The position numbers were made by a program, and so were the translations under genes. From positions 28,746-92,745 of the forward strand of contig CAZNAA010000002.1 of assembly GCA_964571255.1 (NCBI GenBank): 64,000 bases of DNA, written 5' to 3'. Below, in pieces: positions 18,817 through 28,637 of the stretch. The stretch's first letter is position 1; each line of letters starts with the position of its first letter. The stretch is from an uncultured Gammaproteobacteria bacterium. GTDB taxonomy: Bacteria > Patescibacteriota > Microgenomatia > Levybacterales > UBA12049. Below the pieces are notes generated by a model. The model worked only from the letters and a program-made list of their open reading frames with translations. It did not search any database and was not told the origin of the DNA.

Positions 18817-21288
18817 TTAGATAACAAAGTTAAGAACTCTTCCAGGAATAAAGATTACGTTTTTAATCTCTTTCCCTTCCAAGTACTTTTGTACTTTCTC
18901 ACTAGCTCTTGCCACTTCTTCTACGTTCTTTTGCTCTTTGCTTTCTTCACTCTCCATCTCAAAAACATCTCGCATCTTGCCATTAATCATAATCGTCATT
19001 GTGACTCTCTCTTCCTGAAGATACACTTCTGAAACATGGGGCCAATGATCACTATGAATACTATCCAGGTGTCCTAATTGATGCCACAATTCCTCTGAAA
19101 TATGAGGAGCAAAAGGAGAGAGAAGCATGAGCAGTGTTTCAATGGCTTTTTGCCAAGAATCTTGGCTTTCAAAGCCTTTCATCTTGAAACGATATAAGTC
19201 ATTAGTAAGTTCCATGAGCGAGGCAATTGCTGTGTTGTAATGCTGCTCTTCTAAATCTTCTGTTACTTTTTTAGCAGTTTTATGAGAAATCTTTAGCACT
19301 TCTCTATCTTCCTTGCTATCTCCCTTTTCCGAAGCTAAATACTCTTGTACCAAGTTCCATACTCGAGTAAGAAAGCGATATGAAGCGGGAACTCCCTGCT
19401 CCTCCCATTTGATCCATACTTCCAAAGGGGCTGCGAACATAAGATAAAGCCTGAGTGAATCTGCTCCATAGCCTTGACTAATAATTTCAAGAGGATCTAC
19501 TCCATTTCCTTTACTCTTACTAAACATTTGTCCGTCCGATCCTGTCACTTTTCCATTAAAAAGAAACTTTTTAAACGGTTCGGGAGTATTAAGAAGTCCC
19601 TTCTTATAGAAAAAGCGAGTGACAAATCGAGCATAAATCATATGAGCTGTGGCATGATCTGCTCCGTTATAGAAGTCAATTGGCATCCATTTGTTGATTA
19701 TGTTACTGTCAAAAATCTTTTTTGTATTTTGAGGATCAAAATACCTGAGCATATACCAACTACTACAAATATAGGTATCAAGCGTATCTGTCTCTCGCTC
19801 TCCTTCTTTTCCACACTGAGGACAAACTGATCTTACCCACTCACCTGCTCTAGCTAACGCACTTCTCCCGTCTCCTGAAGGAGCAAAATCTTTGAGTTCT
19901 GGAAGAAGAATTGGTAACTCACTATCTGGAACAAGAACTGGTCCACAATCAGGACAGTAAACAATTGGAATTGGAGCACCCCAATATCTTTGTCTACTGA
20001 CACTCCAGTCACGCATTTTGTAATTGATCTTTTCCCTTCCTTTTCCCTGCTTACTAAGCTCAGCTACAATCTTTTCTCGAGCTTCACTACTGGAAAGTCC
20101 TGTATAGTCTCCTGAGTTACTAAGAGTCCCTTCTCCCGTAAAGACCACTTTTTCTTCTCTATCTTCCTCAGTTTCACCTTGAATAACAAAGGTGATTGGC
20201 AAATCAAATTTTTTAGCAAACTCCAAATCGCGCTCATCATGAGCAGGAACTGCCATAATTGCTCCTGTTCCATAGTTCATCAGGACATAATCTGCCACCC
20301 AAACAGGCAGTCTTTCTCCACTTAGCGGATTTATGGCATAACTGCCAGTAAAAACGCCTGTTTTTTCTTTATTCGCTTGTCTTTCAACTTCTGATCTTCT
20401 TAAGCTCTCTTTAATATATGTTTCAACTGCCTTTTTGTTCTCCTCAGTGGTAAGAGAAGAAATAGATTCATTTTCTGGGGCCAAAACGAGAATAGTTGCT
20501 CCAAAAAGCGTATCAGGACGAGTTGTAAAGACAGTTATGTCCTTCTCTTTCCCTTCAATAGAAAAAGTAATTTCCGCACCAATTGACTTGCCAATCCAGT
20601 TTTTCTGAGCCAATTTGACACTTTCTGTCCAGTCAAGCTCATCAATTGCCTGCAGCAGCTCATCTGCATACTCAGTAATCCGGAAAAACCATTGTTTTAC
20701 TTCTTTTTGACTGACTTCTAAATCGTCTTGACTATCATGCCTCCAACATTTGTTGTTAATCACCTGTTCATTAGCCAAAACTGTTTGGCACTTATCACAC
20801 CACCACTGCATTCGAGCATCTTGATAGGCTAATCCCGATCGGTGCATCTCGCTAAAAATCCACTGAGTCCATTTGTAATATTCAGGCGTATGAGCGGCAA
20901 TTTCTTTACTCCAATCATTACTCCACCCCATGGCTTTATATTGAATATGATAATTAGGAATGATTTGCTCCATGGAGGCCTGAGGAGAAACTCCAGCCTT
21001 GATGGCATAATTCTCAGCAGGAAGACCAAAACTATCCCAGCCAACGGGATGATAACTTTCAAATCCCTGCTGTCTCTTAAACCGTGCTAAAACGTCACTA
21101 ATCGTATAATTCATCGCGTGTCCAATGTGAATTCCCGCTCCACTAGGATAATTAAACATACTCATGGAGATATATTTGGGTTTCGTACTCGCCAGGTTAG
21201 CTTTATACGTTTGCTTTTCATCCCAGTATGATTGCCATTTGGACTCAATTTCTTTAGGAAGATATTTACTCTTTTTTGTACTTGTCAT
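18817..21288 (-). CDS. leuS: Leucine--tRNA ligase
   Basis: MF.YPSG..HIGH, GWDSFGLPAEN, FTTRPDTLFG, RDWSVSRQRYWGAPIP; second signature reads MFSKS. Confidence 0.95.
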   Translation of the reverse strand: MTSTKKSKYLPKEIESKWQSYWDEKQTYKANLASTKPKYISMSMFNYPSGAGIHIGHAMNYTISDVLARFKRQQGFESYHPVGWDSFGLPAENYAIKAGVSPQASMEQIIPNYHIQYKAMGWSNDWSKEIAAHTPEYYKWTQWIFSEMHRSGLAYQDARMQWWCDKCQTVLANEQVINNKCWRHDSQDDLEVSQKEVKQWFFRITEYADELLQAIDELDWTESVKLAQKNWIGKSIGAEITFSIEGKEKDITVFTTRPDTLFGATILVLAPENESISSLTTEENKKAVETYIKESLRRSEVERQANKEKTGVFTGSYAINPLSGERLPVWVADYVLMNYGTGAIMAVPAHDERDLEFAKKFDLPITFVIQGETEEDREEKVVFTGEGTLSNSGDYTGLSSSEAREKIVAELSKQGKGREKINYKMRDWSVSRQRYWGAPIPIVYCPDCGPVLVPDSELPILLPELKDFAPSGDGRSALARAGEWVRSVCPQCGKEGERETDTLDTYICSSWYMLRYFDPQNTKKIFDSNIINKWMPIDFYNGADHATAHMIYARFVTRFFYKKGLLNTPEPFKKFLFNGKVTGSDGQMFSKSKGNGVDPLEIISQGYGADSLRLYLMFAAPLEVWIKWEEQGVPASYRFLTRVWNLVQEYLASEKGDSKEDREVLKISHKTAKKVTEDLEEQHYNTAIASLMELTNDLYRFKMKGFESQDSWQKAIETLLMLLSPFAPHISEELWHQLGHLDSIHSDHWPHVSEVYLQEERVTMTIMINGKMRDVFEMESEESKEQKNVEEVARASEKVQKYLEGKEIKNVIFIPGRVLNFVI

Positions 21289-21668
21289 ACCCTGGATTAT
21301 ACAGCAAGAGATACAAATTAAAAAGAATCTTCTTCCTGGAAATAGATCCGAATACCATTCGGTAATTTCACTTCTTTCTTTTTCACTCCTATATCTATAC
21401 CAAATCAGCCCCTTTTTCCTTCTGCTAAAGCCTTAGGAGGAAAGTACCTCTTCTTTTGTGCCTATTAAGGTCTTGATTCGTATTTTCCTGTATATTTTAC
21501 TCCCCTTTGAGCACTACTATAACTGAAACAGTTAAAAATAGGATCATGACTAAATTATGCATTTCGATATACTTAGATGTATTTCTTTTCCTGATTCCCG
21601 ATAGGCACGTCTAAGTTTGATTCGAGATTTTTCTTGAGTTTCCTCTTCCTTTTCACTACTATGAAGAT

Positions 21669-22304
21669 ATGGACTTAAAACGCTTCTCTCTTCAGTCACT
21701 TCTTGTTCTTTGTGGAGTAGGTTTGGGAGGAATCATGCTTCTTCCTGTCGGAAAAGTCTATCAAGTTCCCCTTATTGGCATACTTACTTTTGCCTATTTA
21801 GTATTGACAATTCACAGAAACCCTTTCAAAAAGACTGTTGGCTCCTGGCATGATGCACCTACTCTTGCTATTCTTGCCTCTATTGTTCTTATTCTTGTCA
21901 TCACAACAGGAGGAAGTGAGAGTCCACTTTTTTTTCTTCTTTCCTTTGTTCTTTTTAGTATTGGCTTTGTGCTGTATCCTGAGATCCTTTTTGTCTTTTT
22001 AGCAGGAGTTCTGCTTCTTTTTTCTCCCCAACTGTTCTCCACTCCGTCCATTTTAGAGCTAGTGAATGCAGGCTCTCTCCTGCTTTTCTCACCTCTCTCC
22101 TACTTTTTTGGCAAGATTTTTCAAAAGGAGGGTGAGCAGGAGGAAGAAAAGACTGAGAGAAAAGAGATTCTGTCCGATGCAACAGAAACTATCCAAGAGG
22201 ACGTCAAAGAGATTATAGAAACTACTCCATTATCTGAGGAAAGCAAACAAAAGCTCGAGGAAATCTCAGAAGCTGCTGATGTGGTTAAAGACGCAACGAA
22301 ATAA
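21669..22304 (+). CDS. Hypothetical membrane protein with acidic C-terminal tail
   Basis: Several TM segments; TTGAGT-17-TACTAT promoter 6 nt before ATG. Confidence 0.7.
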   Translation: MDLKRFSLQSLLVLCGVGLGGIMLLPVGKVYQVPLIGILTFAYLVLTIHRNPFKKTVGSWHDAPTLAILASIVLILVITTGGSESPLFFLLSFVLFSIGFVLYPEILFVFLAGVLLLFSPQLFSTPSILELVNAGSLLLFSPLSYFFGKIFQKEGEQEEEKTERKEILSDATETIQEDVKEIIETTPLSEESKQKLEEISEAADVVKDATK

Positions 22305-22309
22305 GTCCT

Positions 22310-23059
22310 ATGAACAAAACACTTTTTTTCCTAGATCTTCAGATCGTTTTTTTATCTCTCTTTCTTGTTTTATGCGTTATTACCCAAACCTATGCGATCA
22401 CTATGACGAGTGATGACTATATTATTACAGAAGGCAACCTTAACTCGGCAGCAGGCAGGCCAACGAACAGTAATTATAAGTTAGGAGTAACCGTTGGAGA
22501 ATTGGGATCTGGAAGATATAGCGGAACAAATTATACAGTCAGAGCTGGATTTCAATACATTCACTCTATTATCCGCTTCAACTTTACTCTCTCAAGTGTC
22601 TTAATTGACTTTGGAACACTCACACCGACCAATCCAGTGACGAGAACTCAAACGCTAACTATATCTAACGGGTCAGCACATGGATATACGGTTACTGCTC
22701 AAGAAAACCATCCGCTACAGGTTGACTCCAGTGGTGCCCAGATTCCTGATACTACCTGTGACGCAGGGACCTGTACCGAGTCAACAAGTGCTGCTTGGAG
22801 TAATACGCTTACTTATGGCTTTGGCTATCGGTGTGATAACGTATCGGGAACTGATTGTGCTACAGGCTTTACTACAGGAACCTTCTATAAGCAGTTTCCC
22901 AATATGAACGCTAGCGAAACTCCAGTAGGAGTGATGACTGGGGTAAATGTGGGAAGAAACAAGCAAACCCAAATTACGTATAAGGCAAACGTTTCAGGAA
23001 CTCAACCAGGAGGACTCTATCGGAATGTGATTACCTATATTGCCACCCCAACTCTATGA
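22310..23059 (+). CDS. Secreted WxL-like or pilin-like subunit
   Basis: Signal peptide; IDFGTLTP..., GYTVTA; C-terminus GLYRNVITYIATPTL. Confidence 0.6.
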   Translation: MNKTLFFLDLQIVFLSLFLVLCVITQTYAITMTSDDYIITEGNLNSAAGRPTNSNYKLGVTVGELGSGRYSGTNYTVRAGFQYIHSIIRFNFTLSSVLIDFGTLTPTNPVTRTQTLTISNGSAHGYTVTAQENHPLQVDSSGAQIPDTTCDAGTCTESTSAAWSNTLTYGFGYRCDNVSGTDCATGFTTGTFYKQFPNMNASETPVGVMTGVNVGRNKQTQITYKANVSGTQPGGLYRNVITYIATPTL

Positions 23060-24066
23060 AACACCTACTCCTTCTTATTACCATTCTGACTATCTTTACT
23101 TTTTTCTTTCCAAGTATGTCTAGTGCACAAGAGATTGGACTAGGAATATACCCACCCATTAGCACTATCGATGCAACACCGCCAGCGACTATTTTAGTAC
23201 CTCTGAGTGTTGAAAACAGCAGTAGTGAACCTTTGACTGTTGAGATGGAGCTCAAACCATTTGCTCCCTCATCTTCAGAGGACGGGACAGTTACCTATCT
23301 ATCAGATGATACCGTCTTTCCGAGTGGAGACATCTTGCTTCTTCAGCGGATTCGAATCATTCAAAACAAGAAACAAGTGAGCAAGTTACTTCTTGCCCCC
23401 AAAGAGATTGCCGAAGTTGATGTTTCTATTCCCCTCTCTAAACAAACGGTTCCAGGAGATTATTACTTCTCTGTTATCTTTACAGGACACCCATCTCTTC
23501 CTGGACCAGAGCAAAATACCCAGTCATCAGTCTCGCAAGCTGGGATTGCCAGCCACATCTTACTCTCTGTAGGGCCAAAAGGAAAGGCTCAAGGAGAAAT
23601 AAAAGAGTTTTCCAGTCCTTTTTTCCTGACACAAGGCCCAGTTCCCTTCACGCTTCGTATAACCAATACCTCTGCTCACACGATTGCCCCAACCGGATCA
23701 CTCTATATAACCAATATGTTTGGTCAAACAGTGGGAAAGGTAGATATTCTCCCTGTTCATGTTCTTTCAAACAGCACCAGACTTACTCCTGACAGGAAGC
23801 AAACAAATGATAATGGAGAGGTCAAAGAAGCACTCTATGAGGAATTTCTCTCTCATGGACCACGAGTTTTATGGCAAGAATCTTTTTTACTGGGAGTGTA
23901 TCAGGCAACGGTTAAAGTAAAATTATCAGAAAACGGTCCTCTTGTTTCAAAGTCCACTACCTTTATTGCTTTTCCTCTCCCACTTCTGATTGGATTTGGG
24001 GTCGTTATTCTTCTCGTTATCACCATTATTCAGAGAGTACGCCTGAAGATAAAATATTCGTATTGA
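23056..24066 (+). CDS. DUF916/WxLIP-like Ig-fold protein with C-terminal TM anchor
   Basis: Signal peptide; PGDYYFSVIF, F.LRI.N...H.I.P.G...I.NMFG; C-terminal TM and basic tail. Confidence 0.6.
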   Translation: MKHLLLLITILTIFTFFFPSMSSAQEIGLGIYPPISTIDATPPATILVPLSVENSSSEPLTVEMELKPFAPSSSEDGTVTYLSDDTVFPSGDILLLQRIRIIQNKKQVSKLLLAPKEIAEVDVSIPLSKQTVPGDYYFSVIFTGHPSLPGPEQNTQSSVSQAGIASHILLSVGPKGKAQGEIKEFSSPFFLTQGPVPFTLRITNTSAHTIAPTGSLYITNMFGQTVGKVDILPVHVLSNSTRLTPDRKQTNDNGEVKEALYEEFLSHGPRVLWQESFLLGVYQATVKVKLSENGPLVSKSTTFIAFPLPLLIGFGVVILLVITIIQRVRLKIKYSY

Positions 24067-24100
24067 CAAGACTTTCTCACACAAAGCATACTGTCAGTAT

Positions 24101-25513
24101 ATGGAAAAATATTTCTCTTTCCTTCGTTACGTTGTCATTACCCTTATTCTGATAACAGGAATGAATCTCGCCACAAAAGACGTCCACGCCTTAGGAACTC
24201 TGGCTAATTTAAAAGATACCATTACGACATCTCGTCCATCCGCTTCATCCCCTTTAACGGCTGATGAAGGAACAAGTTCCTCTATTATTGATATTGCAAA
24301 TAATGGCTCCAGATATTTTGCCTCAGATTCTGCCAAAATTGTCAGAACCTCTAGTGGAGCACAAATTGTCGGAGGACTCTTTGTTGCCTCTCAATCTGCT
24401 GACCTTACTGATGTATATTTGACCACTACTACGGGAACTGCAGCACAAGCTGCAACTGATGTTTTAGTGACTAATATTACTGCACTCCACACGATTCAAT
24501 TTACGACAGCTACTGCTATTCCAACTAGTGGAACGATTGTCATTACTTTTCCAGGAGGTGCCTCAAATATAGCCTCTCCGAGTGCTACTACGTTTTCTTT
24601 TAATGGAATGAGTACATCTAATCCTTCTGACGTGTTATTTAATAATGCCACCTGTTCATCAGTCACTGTCTCTGCACCAACGATTACCTGTACCCTTTCT
24701 GGAGGAGTATCTGCAAGTACAACCGTCACTGTTCTTATTGGGTGCACATCTCAATCAAGTGGAGCATGTACCGTTCAAGCTCCCCGCCTTATTAACCCAA
24801 TTAAGACCAATAGTGCTGGAAACAGAGATTTGTGGACGGTCAATGTCAAAACAACAGATGGAGCAGCTGATTTAGATACGGGAAAAGCACTCATTGGCAT
24901 TATTGAATCAGTTGAGGTGAAAGCTGCGGTTGATAATAGCTTAACCTTTACCATTACAGGAGGATTCTCTAGTGGAACAGCTATAAATAATGGAAATAGC
25001 ACCGGCTGTACGAATAGTGAAACGGTTACTTCAAGTGTTGGCGCAACCAGTACCTCTACCCTGGTTGACTTAGGTATTCTAACCACGAGTGCGATAAATA
25101 TCCATGCTCAGCGAATCAATATCACAACCAATGGGCTTGGAGGATATACTCTCACCGCAACGTCATCAGGACATTTGATTAATAACGCCACAGGATACTT
25201 CATTCCTGATAGTACAACCCCAACAGCAATGACTGCAGGGACAGCCTGGTTTGGACTTCATGCCTGTGGGCTAGATGTAGCAAGTGGAACCTGGGGAACA
25301 GGAGCAACAGGAGGAGGAGCAGGAGCCTTATACGGCTGGCCAACCAAAACCACTGCAGTTACCCTTGCTACAGATTCAACAGGCCCAGTTGATACTTCTC
25401 TTGCAACTGGTAATGGAATAACAAGTGTAGAATATGCAGCTACTGTGTCTGCTGCAATCCCAGCTGGAGCCTATCAAGCTTATGTTACATACGTAGCAAC
25501 ACCAACCTTTTAA
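24101..25513 (+). CDS. Secreted Ser/Thr-rich WxL-like or pilin-like subunit
   Basis: Signal peptide; VDLGIL..., GYTLTA; C-terminus GAYQAYVTYVATPTF, paralogous to 22310. Confidence 0.6.
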   Translation: MEKYFSFLRYVVITLILITGMNLATKDVHALGTLANLKDTITTSRPSASSPLTADEGTSSSIIDIANNGSRYFASDSAKIVRTSSGAQIVGGLFVASQSADLTDVYLTTTTGTAAQAATDVLVTNITALHTIQFTTATAIPTSGTIVITFPGGASNIASPSATTFSFNGMSTSNPSDVLFNNATCSSVTVSAPTITCTLSGGVSASTTVTVLIGCTSQSSGACTVQAPRLINPIKTNSAGNRDLWTVNVKTTDGAADLDTGKALIGIIESVEVKAAVDNSLTFTITGGFSSGTAINNGNSTGCTNSETVTSSVGATSTSTLVDLGILTTSAINIHAQRINITTNGLGGYTLTATSSGHLINNATGYFIPDSTTPTAMTAGTAWFGLHACGLDVASGTWGTGATGGGAGALYGWPTKTTAVTLATDSTGPVDTSLATGNGITSVEYAATVSAAIPAGAYQAYVTYVATPTF

Positions 25514-25515
25514 CT

Positions 25516-26517
25516 ATGAACTACCTGCCGCACCTATCACTACTCAAAATTGGACTCACCACATTCTCATTTGGCCTTGTTGTTTCTCTCGTTACTGCCC
25601 CTCTCACTCTCGCTCAAGAATCACGATCTTTTACGGTTATTCCTCCAAGTATCTCTCATAGATTGAATCCTGGAGAAACAACTGAGGGAGTATTACGAGT
25701 CATTAATGACAGTGCAGAACCTCTTACTTTCTCACTCAGTATTCAAGACTATATCGTAGAGGATAATAATGGAACACCTACCTTTGTAACAGACGGAAAA
25801 CTAAGTAACAAGTATTCTGCTGCTTCCTGGATTGGCGTTAGTCCAAATCGATTTACCCTTGCTCCAAAACAAAGAGAAGATCTTGCCTACTTGATTAAAA
25901 TCCCAAAAGATGCTCGTCCTGGAGGACATTATGCAGCTGTAACGTATACTCCTGATGCGAAAGGTACTACCACAGGTTCTGGAACAGCCGTATCAACAGT
26001 TGTTGGAACTCTGATGTATATTGATGTGAATGGAGAGATTGTTGAAAAAGCCAGTGTAAAAGAGTTCTCTTCTCCTGGTTTTTCTGAATATGCCCCGATA
26101 TCTCTTCATACAATTATTCGAAATGAAGGAGACTTACACATTGCTCCCTACGGAACTATCGTTGTTAAAAACATGTGGGGAAAAGTCATTTCCACTCAAG
26201 CTATTTTGAGTAAAAATATTTTTCCTCAAGCTGTACGAGAATTTGAAAATATTGTTGATCGAAAATGGATGTTTGGAAGCTATACAGCTGAATTTACTGC
26301 AAAATATGGACGACAAAATGCCCTCTCTCTCACTGCTTCTTCTACGTTTTGGGTTATTCCTTGGAAAATGATTGTCATCATTATTCTCGCTGTTGCTGTA
26401 GGTATCTTGGGAGTTCTTATGATTAATAAGAAAAAAACGAATTCAGAAGAGACAAAAGAAACAGAAGGAAATGAAGCAAAAGTGGAAGAGACTCCTTCTG
26501 AAACCACCTCTCTCTAA
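25516..26517 (+). CDS. DUF916/WxLIP-like Ig-fold protein with C-terminal TM anchor
   Basis: Signal peptide; PGE...V.N, SWI, PKDARPGGHYAAV, N.G..H..P.G.I...NMWG; C-terminal TM and KKK. Confidence 0.65.
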   Translation: MNYLPHLSLLKIGLTTFSFGLVVSLVTAPLTLAQESRSFTVIPPSISHRLNPGETTEGVLRVINDSAEPLTFSLSIQDYIVEDNNGTPTFVTDGKLSNKYSAASWIGVSPNRFTLAPKQREDLAYLIKIPKDARPGGHYAAVTYTPDAKGTTTGSGTAVSTVVGTLMYIDVNGEIVEKASVKEFSSPGFSEYAPISLHTIIRNEGDLHIAPYGTIVVKNMWGKVISTQAILSKNIFPQAVREFENIVDRKWMFGSYTAEFTAKYGRQNALSLTASSTFWVIPWKMIVIIILAVAVGILGVLMINKKKTNSEETKETEGNEAKVEETPSETTSL

Positions 26518-26921
26518 TTTTTCTTGTTTTGCTACACGTACTCCAACTGGAATAGTAATCTAGTAACCCTTTTTTGAAAATCTCTGTATATCTAACGTAT
26601 CTTTTTTTTAGTACGCACTCTATTGAGCTCAAGAAGGAAAAGGAGCTACATTTAGTCACTCAGATCCAAAAGTCTTGTCTCAGCCCTTCCTACGCCCCTA
26701 CAAAGGATATTTTAGACCAGAGAGATCTTCTTTCATGGAAGAGGATATATTTCGTTTTGAAAGAGAGAAAAGCACAAAGAGATGAAGAGGCTTCTTCACC
26801 TACACTTCCTGGATATCCAGAAGGAATATACTAATACAGATAATTAACGGTAATTCTCCTGACGACAGTCATGCCTTTATCCTTTTTTAGCCAAGACTAA
26901 AAAGAAGAAGCTAGATAAAAT

Positions 26922-27812
26922 CTAATACCCGACGAACCAGGCATGATGCAATTTTTTCTTTGACGAACCAAACAAAAAGGAGAAAAGACGACTGGAATAA
27001 ATAAAGGTAAAGTGTTGAGGCCAGAGTTTAACAATGAGGATAATAATGAGGATAATCAAGGGTATTCCTACCCACAATAATCCCAATCCTGAGCCTATAA
27101 AAACTCCAATAAGTATCTCCCACATTTTCTGCAGAAACCGGAGAAATTGCTCCCATAACCCAAGCGCTTTTAAAGTAAGAAAACGTGAAGGGGCAACTGA
27201 TGGTTGCCCATTATAAGTCGCATCTGCATAGAGCTGATATACTCCAGCTGGCAAATCAGCAACCGTCACTTCATAATAGCCTTCTGTATCTGCAGTAACA
27301 GTAATACTTCGTCCTCCAACGTGAACGGTTACTTTTGCACCTGGCATAGAATAACCAAAAGCCAAAACGCTTGATCCCGCCGCAATTTCTGACCGTTGTA
27401 ATGCTATCGTAGGAGGGAGAAAGATATTGTCTTTTCGCATACTTGCAATCAGAGGTGGAAAAGTAAAGCAACTATATGATTCTCCTAAGTTGTGATAATC
27501 CTTTGCTTGAAGACAGAAACTTGTTAGTCCTCTATTGATTCGTACTTGAGAGATAGAAAATCTTCCATCAGCCCCTGCTACCGTCCCTCTGTAATATACC
27601 CCATCTATCAATAATCCAACGGAAGCATAGGGAGAAATAAAACCAGAAACAGATAAGAAAAATTCTCCCACCTCTGCACCCACTTTTATTTCTGCTTTTC
27701 CTTGAGGAACATAGGCATGGGTGACTGTTAACGAAAGAGAAAAGAAAAAGATACTCAAAAGAGTACAAAAAAGAACCAATGTAACTAGGGATACAGGCAG
27801 CTTGTTGAACAT
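26922..27812 (-). CDS. Membrane-anchored Ig-like domain protein
   Basis: Signal peptide; two GxxxP.A.V...A..DG.F/Y units; C-terminal TM. Confidence 0.6.
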   Translation of the reverse strand: MFNKLPVSLVTLVLFCTLLSIFFFSLSLTVTHAYVPQGKAEIKVGAEVGEFFLSVSGFISPYASVGLLIDGVYYRGTVAGADGRFSISQVRINRGLTSFCLQAKDYHNLGESYSCFTFPPLIASMRKDNIFLPPTIALQRSEIAAGSSVLAFGYSMPGAKVTVHVGGRSITVTADTEGYYEVTVADLPAGVYQLYADATYNGQPSVAPSRFLTLKALGLWEQFLRFLQKMWEILIGVFIGSGLGLLWVGIPLIILIIILIVKLWPQHFTFIYSSRLFSFLFGSSKKKLHHAWFVGY

Positions 27813-28216
27813 ATAAGATATATTTGTATCTAGTCAAAAGGTGAATCCTTTTAAGATGACTCATTTTATTATACGATATCTTGTTATTTGTCACTATCTC
27901 CTTCTTTGAGAAAAAAGAAAGAGATAGATCGTTTTTTTCAGACACTATTTCTTAGATAGCACTTACTTATTTCTTGTGCTAAAGTTTTATTTTTATGACT
28001 CTCAAGATATTGACTGGTTTTGAGCTATTTTTCTTACAAAAGTGTTTTTTCTCTTTTATCATCTATTCTCTTTTTATCATTCAATACTTTATACGAACGA
28101 TCATGCCTGCGCTCTGTAAAAATCAAATACTATCCTTCTTTTTTCTTGTTTTTTTCAGGAATAATAAATATATCAAAATGGGTCATTTAGCCACGAGTTA
28201 GCCTATTACCAAAGTA

Positions 28217-28348
28217 TTGACAGACCCTCTTTTCTCCCTCAAAATAAAGAGTGAACTTTGAAATTTCTGAAGAAAGTGAATAGCCAAGATAATCGGTATA
28301 ATCCGTATAATCTTGAAGCTAGAAAGGTTTCTCTTGTGAAAATCAGAA
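28217..28348 (+). promoter_or_regulatory. Promoter, boxA-like site and structured leader of the giant-gene locus
   Basis: TTGACA 28217-28222, 17 bp, CAAAAT; GAACTTTGAAAT 28253-28264; nested stems ttctga/tcagaa, tagc-caagat/atcttg-gcta, cgg/ccg. Confidence 0.45.
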
Positions 28349-28389
28349 GACTGCCTTACTTCCCCCACTTTTCACAGAAAGGAGCAATC

Positions 28390-28527
28390 ATGAAAGGATA
28401 CAAAGTCGGCAAAGACGCCATCATTATTAAACAAGCAGATCAATTTGGATTCTCTAGAACCTTCTGGATTTTAAGTGCTGTTTCTTTTAGCTATTTTCTT
28501 AGCCAGAGTATTCTCCTGTTTATTTAA
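28390..28527 (+). CDS. Small leader membrane peptide (45 aa, MKGYKVGKDAIIIKQ...)
   Basis: AAAGGAG SD 5 nt before ATG 28390; hydrophobic C-terminal half. Confidence 0.55.
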   Translation: MKGYKVGKDAIIIKQADQFGFSRTFWILSAVSFSYFLSQSILLFI

Positions 28528-28637
28528 TTCCCTATGAAACACTTATTTTTCTCAAAGACCAAATTGTGCCTAAAAATAAATACATATATTAATAAACACT
28601 TCCAGGCAGGAAGATAAACAAAAATGCGAGAGATCGC

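Noticed and set aside
26574-26834. 86-aa ORF between the WxL-like cluster and the Ig-like gene
   Set aside because: TTG start, no SD or adjacent -10, no recognisable motif; likely spurious.
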